NCBI GenBank assembly: GCA_903945175.1
Contig: CAJAUM010000070.1
Location: 15,078-79,077 of the forward strand
DNA from: an uncultured Bacteroidales bacterium
GTDB lineage: Bacteria; Bacteroidota; Bacteroidia; Bacteroidales; FEN-979
DNA length: 64,000 nt
Direction: 5' to 3'
The notes below the pieces were generated by a model that saw nothing but the letters and a program-made list of their open reading frames with translations, had not been told where the DNA came from and ran no database searches. Shown one piece after another: positions 17,613 to 27,670 of this stretch. The position numbers were made by a program, and so were the translations under genes. Each line of letters begins with the position of its first letter. Position 1 is the stretch's first letter.

Positions 17613-18809
17613 TTACTTTCCCAGTAACCGGCGTGCTTCGTCCTGTGGAATTCGTTCTCCATCTCTGAATATAATGATGAATGCATCTTTTACCCCCTTG
17701 GTTTTCACCTGATCGAGCAATCGTTGCGCATCCTTTAGTGTAGACTCATCTCCTACAGTGTATTTGTACATTCCGCCATGCCGGTACATTTTAACCTTGG
17801 TGAAACGGGAAAAGTCAGGTGCATTGACCCCAATATCCTGTGTGGTTACAGCGATCTGAATCCTGTACGATAATTCACCCCGTTTAACGACATCCTGTGG
17901 TTTTGTATAATCACCATTTGTGCGATCAATCACCGGGGTCACCTCCTTATTTTCACTGAATCCTTTGGTCCGCAGCGTTTCACGGGCCGGGATATATGTT
18001 TTTACCTCCGGCTCCTTAGCCATTGAGGCATTGGAGACCGTCTCCCTGAAACTCTTGAATGCCCTGTAGATGGCTGATGCGATGTATTCCTGCCCCTTGT
18101 CTGTCACCAGGAATTTTTCCTCCGTTTGATTGCTCAGGTATCCTACTTCGACCAAAACGCTGGGCATGGCGGTTTTGTAAAGCACAATGAAACCGGCCTG
18201 CCTTACTCCACGGTTGTTCATACCCACACGTTCCTCCATCTGATCCTGGATTAAAGCTGCAAAATCGGTACTCTGTTCCAGATTTGCATTCTGGTTTAAT
18301 GAAAAAACGATATAGGATTCATCTGCATTTGGATCAAATCCATTGTAGGTCGATTGATAATTGGACTCAAGCAGGATGGCTGCATTCTCAAACTTGGCCA
18401 CTTCCAGATTCGCCTGCGATTTATGTAGCCCCATCACATAGGTTTCAGCTCCTTTAAAGGCATGATTGTCATTGGCATTGCAATGTATACTGATAAACAA
18501 ATCGGCTTTTTTTTCATTTGCAATTTCAGCCCTGCGGTACAATTCAACAAAATAATCCCTGTCGCGGGTATAAATAACCTTCACATCTTTCATGGATCGC
18601 TGAATCAGGTTTCCCAATTTAAGTGCGATGGCCAGGTTGATATTTTTCTCTTTCGCCAATCGTCCCACGGCCCCGGGATCATGCCCGCCATGACCTGCAT
18701 CAATCACCACCGTGCGGATCGTACTCCGTTGTTGTGCAAAAATTATGCAAGGCAGAAACAAAAAGATAAGAATGGGTAAAAACCAGATAAATCGGGGCAT
18801 CCGCAACAT
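17613..18809 (-). CDS. N-acetylmuramoyl-L-alanine amidase (Amidase_3) with C-terminal SPOR-like domain
   Basis: VVIDAGHGGHDPGA, EKNINL, LFISIHCNA, MPSVLVEVGYLSN. C-terminal YRIQIAV...KYTVG...DAFII. The start is uncertain (18848, 18809 or 18800). Confidence 0.9.
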   Translation of the reverse strand: MLRMPRFIWFLPILIFLFLPCIIFAQQRSTIRTVVIDAGHGGHDPGAVGRLAKEKNINLAIALKLGNLIQRSMKDVKVIYTRDRDYFVELYRRAEIANEKKADLFISIHCNANDNHAFKGAETYVMGLHKSQANLEVAKFENAAILLESNYQSTYNGFDPNADESYIVFSLNQNANLEQSTDFAALIQDQMEERVGMNNRGVRQAGFIVLYKTAMPSVLVEVGYLSNQTEEKFLVTDKGQEYIASAIYRAFKSFRETVSNASMAKEPEVKTYIPARETLRTKGFSENKEVTPVIDRTNGDYTKPQDVVKRGELSYRIQIAVTTQDIGVNAPDFSRFTKVKMYRHGGMYKYTVGDESTLKDAQRLLDQVKTKGVKDAFIIIFRDGERIPQDEARRLLGK

Positions 18810-18958
18810 TGGATTGTTAAAGTATCTTAAAAAAAGCGAGAGTTTCAATAATTTTGATTAGTTTTGAAACCCTAAGAATAACGGTCTTCACCGCCTTTTT
18901 ATTCTGAATTTTTTATAAAACAAAGATAGAACTTAAACCACAGAATTCAGAAAAGAAG

Positions 18959-21664
18959 TTGTTAACGAAATTATTAACAAGGTCTTTCCCTTTTTGTCTT
19001 TTTTTTGTCCTTTCCTTCCTGCAAATCACACAAGTGATCGCACAGGATACAATCCGGCAGAAAAAGGGAGATTATGCCATCGTGCCTGACGGTCAGATTG
19101 TTTTTACCAGGCTCGATTCGCTCCGCAACGATTCCATCAAGAAACTGCTGATCCTAGTCGACTCCATTTCCACCGACTCAATAAAATCTGACACGAGTGC
19201 TGTTAAACCTGTCAAAAAAAGTAAACTGGAATCCAGGGTGGATTATTCTTCCAAGGACTCGCTTCGATTTGAAATAAAAGGGCAAAAAGTCTTTCTATAT
19301 CAGGATGCAGATATCAAGTACCAGGACATCAGCCTTAAGGCAGCCTATGTGGAGATCGACTTTCCAAAAAACCAGGTTCATGCCACCGGGGTTCCTGATT
19401 CAACAGGCAAGCCTGTCGGAGTACCTGATTTCACACAGGGATCTCAAAATTTCAAAGCCAAGGAAATTGATTACAACTATACCTCGAAACGTGGACTGAT
19501 AAAAAAGGTTTTCACCAAGCAGGATGAAGGTTACCTCCATGGAACCGTGGTAAAGAAGATGGAAAACGATGTGACTTACATGAAATCTGGCGCTTACACC
19601 ACGTGCGACAATCAGGAGGATCCGCATTTCTCATTCCAATTCAGCAAAGGGAAGGTCATACCCGGGAAAAGGGTTATTACCGGACCTGCCTATATGGAAA
19701 TTGCCAATGTCGGCACCCCCCTGTTTATTCCTTTTGGTTACTTTCCGAGTAAATCAGGACAACGCTCGGGCATATTGCTTCCCACCTATGGCGAATCAAA
19801 AGACCGTGGGTTTTATTTTGAAAATTTCGGATATTACTTTGCCATAAGTGACTATTTTGACCTGCAGGTACAGGCCGACATTTACACACACGGAAGTTGG
19901 GCTATCAAGCCAACCATGAGGTACAGCAAGCGATATCATTACAATGGGGCCTTTAACTTCAGCTATGCGGTGAATATTCTGGGGGCAGCCGATTCACCCG
20001 ACTATCAGAAATCAAAGGATTTTCAGGTGCGGTGGGTTCACAGCCAGGATGCAAAGGCACGGCCCCGAAGCAGTTTTTCGGCCAATGTAAATATTGTCAG
20101 TAATACCTTTAACAAATATAATCTTGCATCCAGTGCACAATCGTACCTTTCAAATACATTTCAATCCAGCATAAACTATTCTACCAACTTCTCAGGAAAA
20201 TATTATCTGAACTTAAACTTTAACCACAGCCAAAACACCCTTAACAAAACGATAAATATCACCTTGCCTCAGGTCTCCTTCTCGGTTAACCAGTTTTATC
20301 CCTTTCGCCGGCAAAATCCAGTTGGGAAAATCCGCTGGTATGAACAGATCAGTATGAAATACAACATGGACGCTGAAAACCGGTATAACACACTTGATTC
20401 AAATTTTGCAAAGGGACAATGGGCCGATTCCATGCAGAATGGCATGCGTCATAGTGTTCCCATCAATGCCACATTCCGGATTCTGAAATTCGTCAACTGG
20501 TCGAACTCGATGAACATAACCGACCGGATGTATCTTCAAACCGTAAGAAAATCCTATCAAGCCGACACCATCATCGAAGCAGGCGATACCATACTGCCCG
20601 GGTACAAAACCAACACGGTGTCGGGTTTTGCCAATGCCATTGATTTCAATGTATCTTCATCCGTGAATGCACGGCTTTATGGCATGTACCAATTCAAGGG
20701 GGGCTTTTTGAAGGCGATCAGGCATATGGTCACCCCATCGGTTTCATTTTCCTATACACCCGACTGGGGTGCACCCGGACTGGGCTATTACCGATATATC
20801 GAAAATGATACCAATACCGTTAATCCTGCCAGATATTCAATTTTTGAAAAATCCATTTATGGAGGCCCTCCGGGCCAGAAATCCGGCATGATCTCCTTTT
20901 CCATCAGCAATAACCTGGAAATGAAGGTCAGAAACAGGAAAGATACGCTAACAGGAGAGAAAAAAATTCCGCTCATCGATGATTTTGTAATTCGGTGTTC
21001 CTATGACATTGCCCGCGATTCAGTTAACTGGTCTCCCATCACACTCAGCGGACGAAGCACGATTGTCAAAGGGTTGACAATTCAGTATGCAAGCACCTGG
21101 GATATGTATACCCGAGACTCAATAGGAAGACGTACCAATACCACTGAATGGGAAGCAAATCACCAGCTGATCCGGCTTGACAATACCACCTGGGATGCAG
21201 GGTTTAACTACACCCTTTCATCCGACAAGGTAAAGGGAAAGAAAACAACGGACAAGGGGACCCAGGGGGAACGCCAGGACATCGTCGACTATTATGACTA
21301 TTATGTCGATTTCGATATTCCCTGGAGCTTTTCGGTGAATTATAATTTCCATTATGCGAAGGCATGGGATAACAGCAGTAAGATCCGGGTTGCAAAAATA
21401 ACGCAGACCCTGGGATTTAACGGGCAACTGAACATCACCCCGAAATGGAAAGTCTCCCTTACCACCGGCTGGGATTTTGTGAACAACGAGTTATCCTATA
21501 CCTCAATTGATGTTTATCGTGACCTCCACTGCTGGGAGATGCGATTTGGCTGGATTCCCAAAGGCGGCCAGCAAAGCTGGAATTTCTCCATCAATGTGAA
21601 GGCATCCATCCTTCAGGATCTTAAACTGAACAAGAAACGAGATTTCAGGGATTTTGCATATTAG
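18959..21664 (+). CDS. lptD: Putative LPS-assembly protein LptD (Bacteroidota type)
   Basis: N-terminal jellyroll, YTTCD...PHF, large beta-barrel, C-terminal RDLHCWEMRFGWIP...ILQDLK. Divergent from the amidase-mlaD pair. Confidence 0.82.
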   Translation: MLTKLLTRSFPFCLFFVLSFLQITQVIAQDTIRQKKGDYAIVPDGQIVFTRLDSLRNDSIKKLLILVDSISTDSIKSDTSAVKPVKKSKLESRVDYSSKDSLRFEIKGQKVFLYQDADIKYQDISLKAAYVEIDFPKNQVHATGVPDSTGKPVGVPDFTQGSQNFKAKEIDYNYTSKRGLIKKVFTKQDEGYLHGTVVKKMENDVTYMKSGAYTTCDNQEDPHFSFQFSKGKVIPGKRVITGPAYMEIANVGTPLFIPFGYFPSKSGQRSGILLPTYGESKDRGFYFENFGYYFAISDYFDLQVQADIYTHGSWAIKPTMRYSKRYHYNGAFNFSYAVNILGAADSPDYQKSKDFQVRWVHSQDAKARPRSSFSANVNIVSNTFNKYNLASSAQSYLSNTFQSSINYSTNFSGKYYLNLNFNHSQNTLNKTINITLPQVSFSVNQFYPFRRQNPVGKIRWYEQISMKYNMDAENRYNTLDSNFAKGQWADSMQNGMRHSVPINATFRILKFVNWSNSMNITDRMYLQTVRKSYQADTIIEAGDTILPGYKTNTVSGFANAIDFNVSSSVNARLYGMYQFKGGFLKAIRHMVTPSVSFSYTPDWGAPGLGYYRYIENDTNTVNPARYSIFEKSIYGGPPGQKSGMISFSISNNLEMKVRNRKDTLTGEKKIPLIDDFVIRCSYDIARDSVNWSPITLSGRSTIVKGLTIQYASTWDMYTRDSIGRRTNTTEWEANHQLIRLDNTTWDAGFNYTLSSDKVKGKKTTDKGTQGERQDIVDYYDYYVDFDIPWSFSVNYNFHYAKAWDNSSKIRVAKITQTLGFNGQLNITPKWKVSLTTGWDFVNNELSYTSIDVYRDLHCWEMRFGWIPKGGQQSWNFSINVKASILQDLKLNKKRDFRDFAY

Positions 21665-21733
21665 ACTGGGTAAAAGCGAACTAAATAGGTCGAATACATA
21701 TAAACCGTATAGCATAAATCAAAAATCGTACCC

Positions 21734-22111
21734 ATGAAAAAAGTCATTTCAACCCCGAATGCCCCAAAAGCCATCGGTCCATACAGCCAGGCCATAGAGG
21801 CGAATGGCATGTTGTTCATATCCGGACAGATTCCCATCGATCCTCAAACAGGGAAAATTGTGGATGGAGGCATCACGGAGCAGACGGAACAGGTCATGAA
21901 AAATATCGGAGCCATCCTCAAGGAAGCCGGATTTGAGTTCAGGGATGTTGTAAAATCGACCTGTTTGCTCAGTGATATGGACAACTTTGCAGCGATGAAT
22001 GTTGTCTATGGAACCTATTATTCCGAAAATCCTCCGGCACGGGCCGCCTATGCGGTGGTTAAATTACCCTTGGGCGCCCTGATCGAAATTGAAACAATCG
22101 TGGTCAGGTAA
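21734..22111 (+). CDS. ridA: RidA/YjgF family reactive imine deaminase
   Basis: [47 protein letters not shown]. Confidence 0.92.
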   Translation: MKKVISTPNAPKAIGPYSQAIEANGMLFISGQIPIDPQTGKIVDGGITEQTEQVMKNIGAILKEAGFEFRDVVKSTCLLSDMDNFAAMNVVYGTYYSENPPARAAYAVVKLPLGALIEIETIVVR

Positions 22112-22165
22112 ATAAACAACGACACATCCAAACAGCCATCCCTCATCAACAGTAGTTATCCGCTT

Positions 22166-23365
22166 CTATCTTGCGGTTAAAATGTACGGCGCCCAAATGG
22201 TCGGCAAAGCTGTTTCAGGGCAGCTGATCATCTGCAATTTAACTTCGCGCAAAGCCTGGCTGTATGTTTTTCCGCTAAGACATAATCGATAAAAATTGAT
22301 CATAAAGTCTCCCGCAAGATGATCAGTTACATTCCATAGCGTTGACAGGATATTTCTGGCACCTGCCTTTATAAACACCTCAGGCAGCGTATAGTCACGC
22401 ACCCCCGAATTATGCTTTACAATCCCTGAAGCACACGCATTCAAAACAATCAGGTCTGCTTGCAATTGCAATCCCTTAATTTCTTCAATGGTGAGGATGC
22501 CTTCATTTTTCCCATCCACTGTCACGGCTGGATCATACCCGGAAAAAAGAAAGCCGCCATAACCTTTATTGGGCGCTTCTGCCAGATAATGAGTTGAAAG
22601 ATGAACGATTTTCCCCATGCATGCAACGGTTTTAAAATATTCCTTTTCTGAATATTCTTCATATACCAGCCAGGATGTAAGTCCTTGCTGCCTGAACAAG
22701 GAGCCTATTTCGGCAATTTCCTGCCTTGAGTCAGGAAGTTCGGAAAGTCCGGCATTATTGTGAAAAACAGGAGAAAAGCCCATAAAAGAAAATTGGGCGT
22801 TAACCGGTATCATGGTATTTTCGTCCGCTGTATTAAATACAGCATCCTGACCAAAATCCTGTTTACTATGGTATATAATCTCGTAATCACGTATCAGATA
22901 ATGAAGGGCGGTTCCTATGTGAAGCGACCGTTCATCATCCGGCCGGATTAAGGCTTCAAATGGCAGCTCCGACAACCTGTCGTCAGTTTTGATGATCAAT
23001 CGCCTCTTCCCTATAATAAAATCCTGGATGGGCCGGATCAGGAACAAATACAATATCTGGCCTGCGATGTCAAAACCTCTTTTATCTGCAGATTTTATTT
23101 TTTTCCTGAATGATTGATGCGCCATCCAGAACAGTGGATTCAAAGATTGAATTGCCAGCAATGTTGAATCACCAACTGTGGCAAAAACAATGGCTGTGGA
23201 ATCAGTAACCGCGAATTCAAGCAAAGCCTCATCCTGTTTGAGACAATAGTTACCTCTATTGGCTTCCTTCGATGGCAGCGTGGTTTGGGCCTCAATGATT
23301 CCCGGAATAACCGGGATCATTATTGTTGGAAGGATAATCGTAATCCAGGAAAAAATATGTATCAT
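22166..23365 (-). CDS. CHAT-domain (caspase-like) protease without TPRs, with predicted signal peptide
   Basis: LSELPFEAL, LPDSRQEI, IVHLSTH (His), LIVLNACASG (Cys), FIKAGARNILSTLWNV, ALREVKLQM, WAPYIL. Hydrophobic N-terminus ending IEA-Q. Confidence 0.85.
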   Translation of the reverse strand: MIHIFSWITIILPTIMIPVIPGIIEAQTTLPSKEANRGNYCLKQDEALLEFAVTDSTAIVFATVGDSTLLAIQSLNPLFWMAHQSFRKKIKSADKRGFDIAGQILYLFLIRPIQDFIIGKRRLIIKTDDRLSELPFEALIRPDDERSLHIGTALHYLIRDYEIIYHSKQDFGQDAVFNTADENTMIPVNAQFSFMGFSPVFHNNAGLSELPDSRQEIAEIGSLFRQQGLTSWLVYEEYSEKEYFKTVACMGKIVHLSTHYLAEAPNKGYGGFLFSGYDPAVTVDGKNEGILTIEEIKGLQLQADLIVLNACASGIVKHNSGVRDYTLPEVFIKAGARNILSTLWNVTDHLAGDFMINFYRLCLSGKTYSQALREVKLQMISCPETALPTIWAPYILTAR

Positions 23366-23384
23366 ACTAAATGAAATTTATGGT

Positions 23385-24170
23385 TTAAAAAAGTGTGAGT
23401 TTACCCAGGAGGATCATTTCTTCATCCAGAATGATTTTCCAGTAATAAATCCCCCCGGGCCAATCCTTCGTATTTAAAATATAGGAATCATCCAAAAGTG
23501 CAGGTGTTTCAAAAATCAAATTTCCAGCATTATTGTAAAACAAAATATTGACCGGAAGCACCCTGTTTTGGGAAACCCATTCAAATTTAACATCGTATCC
23601 TGCTGCTATTTTCCAATTGGACGCCGGGGATTTGATTGTAATTTGGGAAGACCTGGTAACCGAACCAACCAGCAATTCAAAATCAGGCAACGGCATATAA
23701 TTCAATGAAAGATACTGATTCACTGAATGTTCCTGCCATTTTTGCGTGACCATTTTCCTCTCCTGCACCGGAATTTTTAAATTATCTTTTGATAATAGCT
23801 TTCCTTCAGCTCCTTTCCATATTTCATTTTGATCTGAATTGGAACTGGATGCATAATCAACAGGATCATAATGCATCCTATTGAAAATTATAGCCAATGC
23901 CATGAGATAGAGAATGGATGCAGCCAACAGCAAATACCCCAGCTTACCTCCCCGCCGGTCAGACTTTTGTCTGGCATCCTGGATTTTTTTCACCAGATCC
24001 AGGGTCCCCTCATCCTGGTATAATTTGTTCAGGCACTCGTCAATATAGACTTCGGTGCGTAACAATGGATTCACCTCCAACCGCTTTCGGAAGAATTCCT
24101 TTTCTTCTTCATTCAGTTCGTTTTCGTTGTAACGATCAATCCAATCATTTGTAATTTCCATGTCTTTCAT
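23385..24170 (-). CDS. Putative membrane-anchored anti-sigma factor
   Basis: WIDRYNENELNEEEKEFFRKRLEVNPLLRTEV, then one TM helix (YLLLAASILYLMALAIIF), then a C-terminal beta-rich domain (GIYYWKI). Overlaps the 3' end of the sigma gene. Confidence 0.65.
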   Translation of the reverse strand: MKDMEITNDWIDRYNENELNEEEKEFFRKRLEVNPLLRTEVYIDECLNKLYQDEGTLDLVKKIQDARQKSDRRGGKLGYLLLAASILYLMALAIIFNRMHYDPVDYASSSNSDQNEIWKGAEGKLLSKDNLKIPVQERKMVTQKWQEHSVNQYLSLNYMPLPDFELLVGSVTRSSQITIKSPASNWKIAAGYDVKFEWVSQNRVLPVNILFYNNAGNLIFETPALLDDSYILNTKDWPGGIYYWKIILDEEMILLGKLTLF

Positions 24171-24750
24171 ATTCAAAATATTGTTGATATTCAGGATCAC
24201 CTATTATTCTCTTACGCAACATGTTTTTGCAACTATACTTGCGTGTTTTTACATACACTTCATCTTTGAAGTTCATAAGCCGGGCAATTTCCTTATAGGG
24301 GATCTTTAAAAAGTAAAGTTCCAGCAGCCGCTGACAATCTGCTGGCAGTGACAGCATGTTTTTGTACAGCAGGCGTCGTTTCTCATTGTTTTCTTCACGT
24401 GTTTCCATGTCGTCGGAATTATAGGTGGAATTGGGTTCATTCACTTCAAATTCGGCCTGGTAAAGCAGGCGGTATTTATTATCGAGGTGCTGTAACCACA
24501 GATTTTTACATATCGAGATGAAAAAGGTCTTCAGGCTGCACTTCAATTCAAAGGGCTGATTGAGTGATCGTTTATACAAAAGGATTATGGCCTCCTGAAC
24601 CAGATCGCCCACGTCAGATTCACTTCCGGAATTTTGCTTGACAAGATGTCTAACTACCGGGGTAAATTCCTGGTAGATATAATCGATATGACGCTGTTTT
24701 CTTTGCCGCAGGCCTTCAATTAGCGTTTCATCTGAATAACGGAGGATCAT
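24145..24750 (-). CDS. ECF RNA polymerase sigma-70 factor
   Basis: Region 2 (DVGDLVQEAII, SLKTFFISICKNLW) and region 4 (LPADCQRLLELYF, YKEIARLM, VKTRKYSC). Confidence 0.88.
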   Translation of the reverse strand: MILRYSDETLIEGLRQRKQRHIDYIYQEFTPVVRHLVKQNSGSESDVGDLVQEAIILLYKRSLNQPFELKCSLKTFFISICKNLWLQHLDNKYRLLYQAEFEVNEPNSTYNSDDMETREENNEKRRLLYKNMLSLPADCQRLLELYFLKIPYKEIARLMNFKDEVYVKTRKYSCKNMLRKRIIGDPEYQQYFEYERHGNYK

Positions 24751-24846
24751 GGTCAGGATATATAATGGTTAATCCGGAAAAGTCGAAAAGGTAACAGGGT
24801 TGTTAATAACTTTTTTATCCTGGCCAGACGGATGTTACATTATAAG

Positions 24847-24873
24847 GACAATGTAAGGGTGTAAAACGTTGCA
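24847..24873 (-). promoter_or_regulatory. Possible ECF-type promoter upstream of the sigma/anti-sigma/CHAT operon
   Basis: On the minus strand, an A/T tract is followed by TGCAAC-N18-GTC, resembling the AAC(-35)/GTC(-10) ECF pattern. Confidence 0.3.
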
Positions 24874-24971
24874 TCCGGAAAAAAATATTTTTAGATTTCG
24901 TGCCCTTCAATCTCAATATTTAAAGTAAATTTATCGCCACAATATGAAGTGATCATCCCAAAACAGGTTCA

Positions 24972-25679
24972 ATGAAGAAGAAAACCAAAAGCATTACCAT
25001 TACACAATTTGACTATATCATCCGAAATGTCAATGATGAGGAGATCGATATCGAGGGGCATCCGCATCATTACACTGAATTTGACCAGGAGGGCCGACCT
25101 TTGACGGAGATCAGGTACAACCGGTTTGGTGATTTTGAAGAAAAGAGAGAATATGGTTACAATTCAAGTGGTAAACTCATCCGTGAATCCTACTTTTCTG
25201 AAGAGAATGAACTCGCTGAAGAAAAAACATTCGAGCTGAATGAAGCGGGGCTTGTAATTCGTGCATTCAAACATTATCAGGATGGATCGGTCGATACGTC
25301 AGATTTTTACTACAATGCGTTAAACCAGTTGATTAAAAGAACAACGACCACGGATGAAGGAGAAATTGAACAGGTAGAGACCTTTGATTGGGAAAACGAG
25401 AAAATTGTAAACCATACCATCTTCGACAGTGAAGGAAATGAAGTAATAGAGCAGGATGCCCCCCCCATGAAACCAAATCAAACGCGTATCACGACGAATG
25501 AAAAGGGGCAGGTAGTTACCGAGGAGGAGTTGGATGGGCAGGGTGAAGTTATTATGACCATTAACCGCACCTATGATGAAGATGAAGAGCCCGATGAGGT
25601 GCAGGTATACATCGACGGCCGCGGCAATACCATCAGCCAGCATTATTTTCTCAAATACGAATACACCTATTTCGAATAA
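24972..25679 (+). CDS. Highly acidic hypothetical protein with YD-like beta-hairpin repeats
   Basis: Repeated units (EFDQEGRPL, YGYNSSGKLIRE, FELNEAGLV, YYNALNQLIKR, TTNEKGQVV), very Glu/Asp-rich, no signal peptide. Confidence 0.65.
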   Translation: MKKKTKSITITQFDYIIRNVNDEEIDIEGHPHHYTEFDQEGRPLTEIRYNRFGDFEEKREYGYNSSGKLIRESYFSEENELAEEKTFELNEAGLVIRAFKHYQDGSVDTSDFYYNALNQLIKRTTTTDEGEIEQVETFDWENEKIVNHTIFDSEGNEVIEQDAPPMKPNQTRITTNEKGQVVTEEELDGQGEVIMTINRTYDEDEEPDEVQVYIDGRGNTISQHYFLKYEYTYFE

Positions 25680-27670
25680 TCGCCAAGCAATGCGTCGTTG
25701 ACCAAATTCGGCAATGTAACATGCAGCCTGGGTTCATGCTGCATGGCGCGTTTTATAGCAAAGATGGCTTCATCGTTTCGGGCCCAGGCGCGACGTGCGA
25801 TTCCGTTGTTCACATCCCAGTGAAGCATTGACTTTAATTTTCGGGCTGCATCCGCTGTACCATCGAGCAACATACCAAAGCCGCCATTGATCACTTCGCC
25901 CCAGCCAACACCTCCGCCATTGTGGATAGAAACCCAGGTGGCTCCCCGGAATCCATCACCAATCACGTTCTGGATGGCCATGTCGGCTGTAAACTGCGAA
26001 CCATCATAAATATTGGAGGTTTCGCGATAGGGTGAATCGGTTCCGGAAACGTCATGATGATCGCGACCAAGAACGACAGGTGCCGAAATCCGGCCAGCAG
26101 CAATGGCTTCATTGAAGGCTGTCGCTATTTTTGTACGCCCTTCACAGTCTGCATAAAGAATGCGGGCCTGCGACCCGACAACCAATTTATTCTTTCCGGC
26201 CTCACGGATCCAATGAATGTTATCGCGCATCTGCATTTCGATTTCGCTGGGTGAGGTTTGTGCAATCTCTTCAAGGACGGTGGCCGCAATGTGGTCGGTA
26301 ACAGCAAGGTCTTCCGGTTTTCCCGAGGTACACACCCAACGGAATGGGCCGAATCCATAATCAAAAAACAGCGGTCCCATGATGTCCTGAACATAGGATG
26401 GATAGATGAAGGTTCCATCAGCCTTCATCACATCTGCACCAGCCCGGGAGGCCTCGAGTAAAAACGCGTTGCCATAATCCCAGAAATACATGCCGTTTTC
26501 AGCCATTTTGTTGATGGCAGTCACCTGCCGGCGCAACGATTCCTGAACGACACGCTTGAATTTTTCCGGTTCTTCAACCATTAGCCGGTTCGACTCCTCA
26601 AAGGTGAGGCCGACAGGATAATAACCGCCTGACCATGGATTATGTAAAGAAGTTTGATCAGAACCCAGTTCAATCCGAAGGTTTTGATGGGCAAAATGTT
26701 CCCAAAGATCCACAATATTTCCCTGGTATGCCAGTGATACGGCTTCATGATTGGATATGGCCTGCTTCAGGCGGCCCTCCATCTCCTTGAGATCGGTAAA
26801 TACCTCATCGACCCAGCCCTGCTGATGACGCTTTTTCACCACGGCCGGATTGATTTCTGCAACTACGGCAATGGCTCCGGCAATAACGGCTGCCTTTGCC
26901 TGGGCCCCCGACATGCCTCCCAACCCTGAAGTGACAAAAACCATCCCTGCAATGGTATCGGATGTCACCTTGCGTGCAGCATTCAGAATGGTTATGGTTG
27001 TTCCATGCACAATCCCCTGCGGACCGATATACATATACGAACCAGCCGTCATTTGCCCGTATTGCGTTACACCGAGTGCATTGAAGCGTTCCCAGTCGTC
27101 GGGTTTGGAATAGTTGGGTACCATCATCCCGTTTGTAACGACCACACGCGGGGCATCGGCGTGTGAGGGGAAAAGACCCATCGGATGTCCTGAATACATT
27201 ACAAGCGTTTGATCATCCGTCATGTTGGCCAGGTACTTCATGGTGAGCAGGTACTGAGCCCAATTCTGAAATACCGCTCCGTTTCCGCCATAGGTAATTA
27301 GTTCATGGGGATGCTGCGCCACAGCCGGGTCAAGGTTATTCTGAATCATCAGCATAATGCTGGCAGCATGGATTGAACGGTGCGGATATTCATGTATGTT
27401 TCTGGCAAACATTGGATATGCAGGCCTGAAACGGTACATGTAGATACGCCCGTATTTTTTGAGCTCATCGGCAAATTCCGGCGCCAGCGCTGAATGATAT
27501 TTTGGATCGAAATACCTCAACGCATTTTTCAAGGCAAGTTTTTTCTCGTCGGATGATAAAATATCTTTTCTGACCGGGGCATGATTGGCCAGTGCATCAT
27601 GGGGCAGCATTTCGGGTAGTCCGTCTGGAATACCGCGCAGGATTGCCTGCCTGAAATCGTTTGTATTCAT
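25667..27670 (-). CDS. hutU: Urocanate hydratase (long form)
   Basis: MIQNNLDPAVAQHPHELITYGG, GQMTAGSYMYIGPQGIVHGT, GLGGMSGAQ, SDQTSLHN, GRDHHDVSG, SIHNGGGVGWG. Confidence 0.95.
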   Translation of the reverse strand: MNTNDFRQAILRGIPDGLPEMLPHDALANHAPVRKDILSSDEKKLALKNALRYFDPKYHSALAPEFADELKKYGRIYMYRFRPAYPMFARNIHEYPHRSIHAASIMLMIQNNLDPAVAQHPHELITYGGNGAVFQNWAQYLLTMKYLANMTDDQTLVMYSGHPMGLFPSHADAPRVVVTNGMMVPNYSKPDDWERFNALGVTQYGQMTAGSYMYIGPQGIVHGTTITILNAARKVTSDTIAGMVFVTSGLGGMSGAQAKAAVIAGAIAVVAEINPAVVKKRHQQGWVDEVFTDLKEMEGRLKQAISNHEAVSLAYQGNIVDLWEHFAHQNLRIELGSDQTSLHNPWSGGYYPVGLTFEESNRLMVEEPEKFKRVVQESLRRQVTAINKMAENGMYFWDYGNAFLLEASRAGADVMKADGTFIYPSYVQDIMGPLFFDYGFGPFRWVCTSGKPEDLAVTDHIAATVLEEIAQTSPSEIEMQMRDNIHWIREAGKNKLVVGSQARILYADCEGRTKIATAFNEAIAAGRISAPVVLGRDHHDVSGTDSPYRETSNIYDGSQFTADMAIQNVIGDGFRGATWVSIHNGGGVGWGEVINGGFGMLLDGTADAARKLKSMLHWDVNNGIARRAWARNDEAIFAIKRAMQHEPRLHVTLPNLVNDALLGDYSK

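Noticed and set aside
22166-24750. Type III-E CRISPR Craspase locus
   Set aside because: There is no Cas7-11, Csx30/31, array or TPR region; only the protease-plus-sigma logic is analogous.
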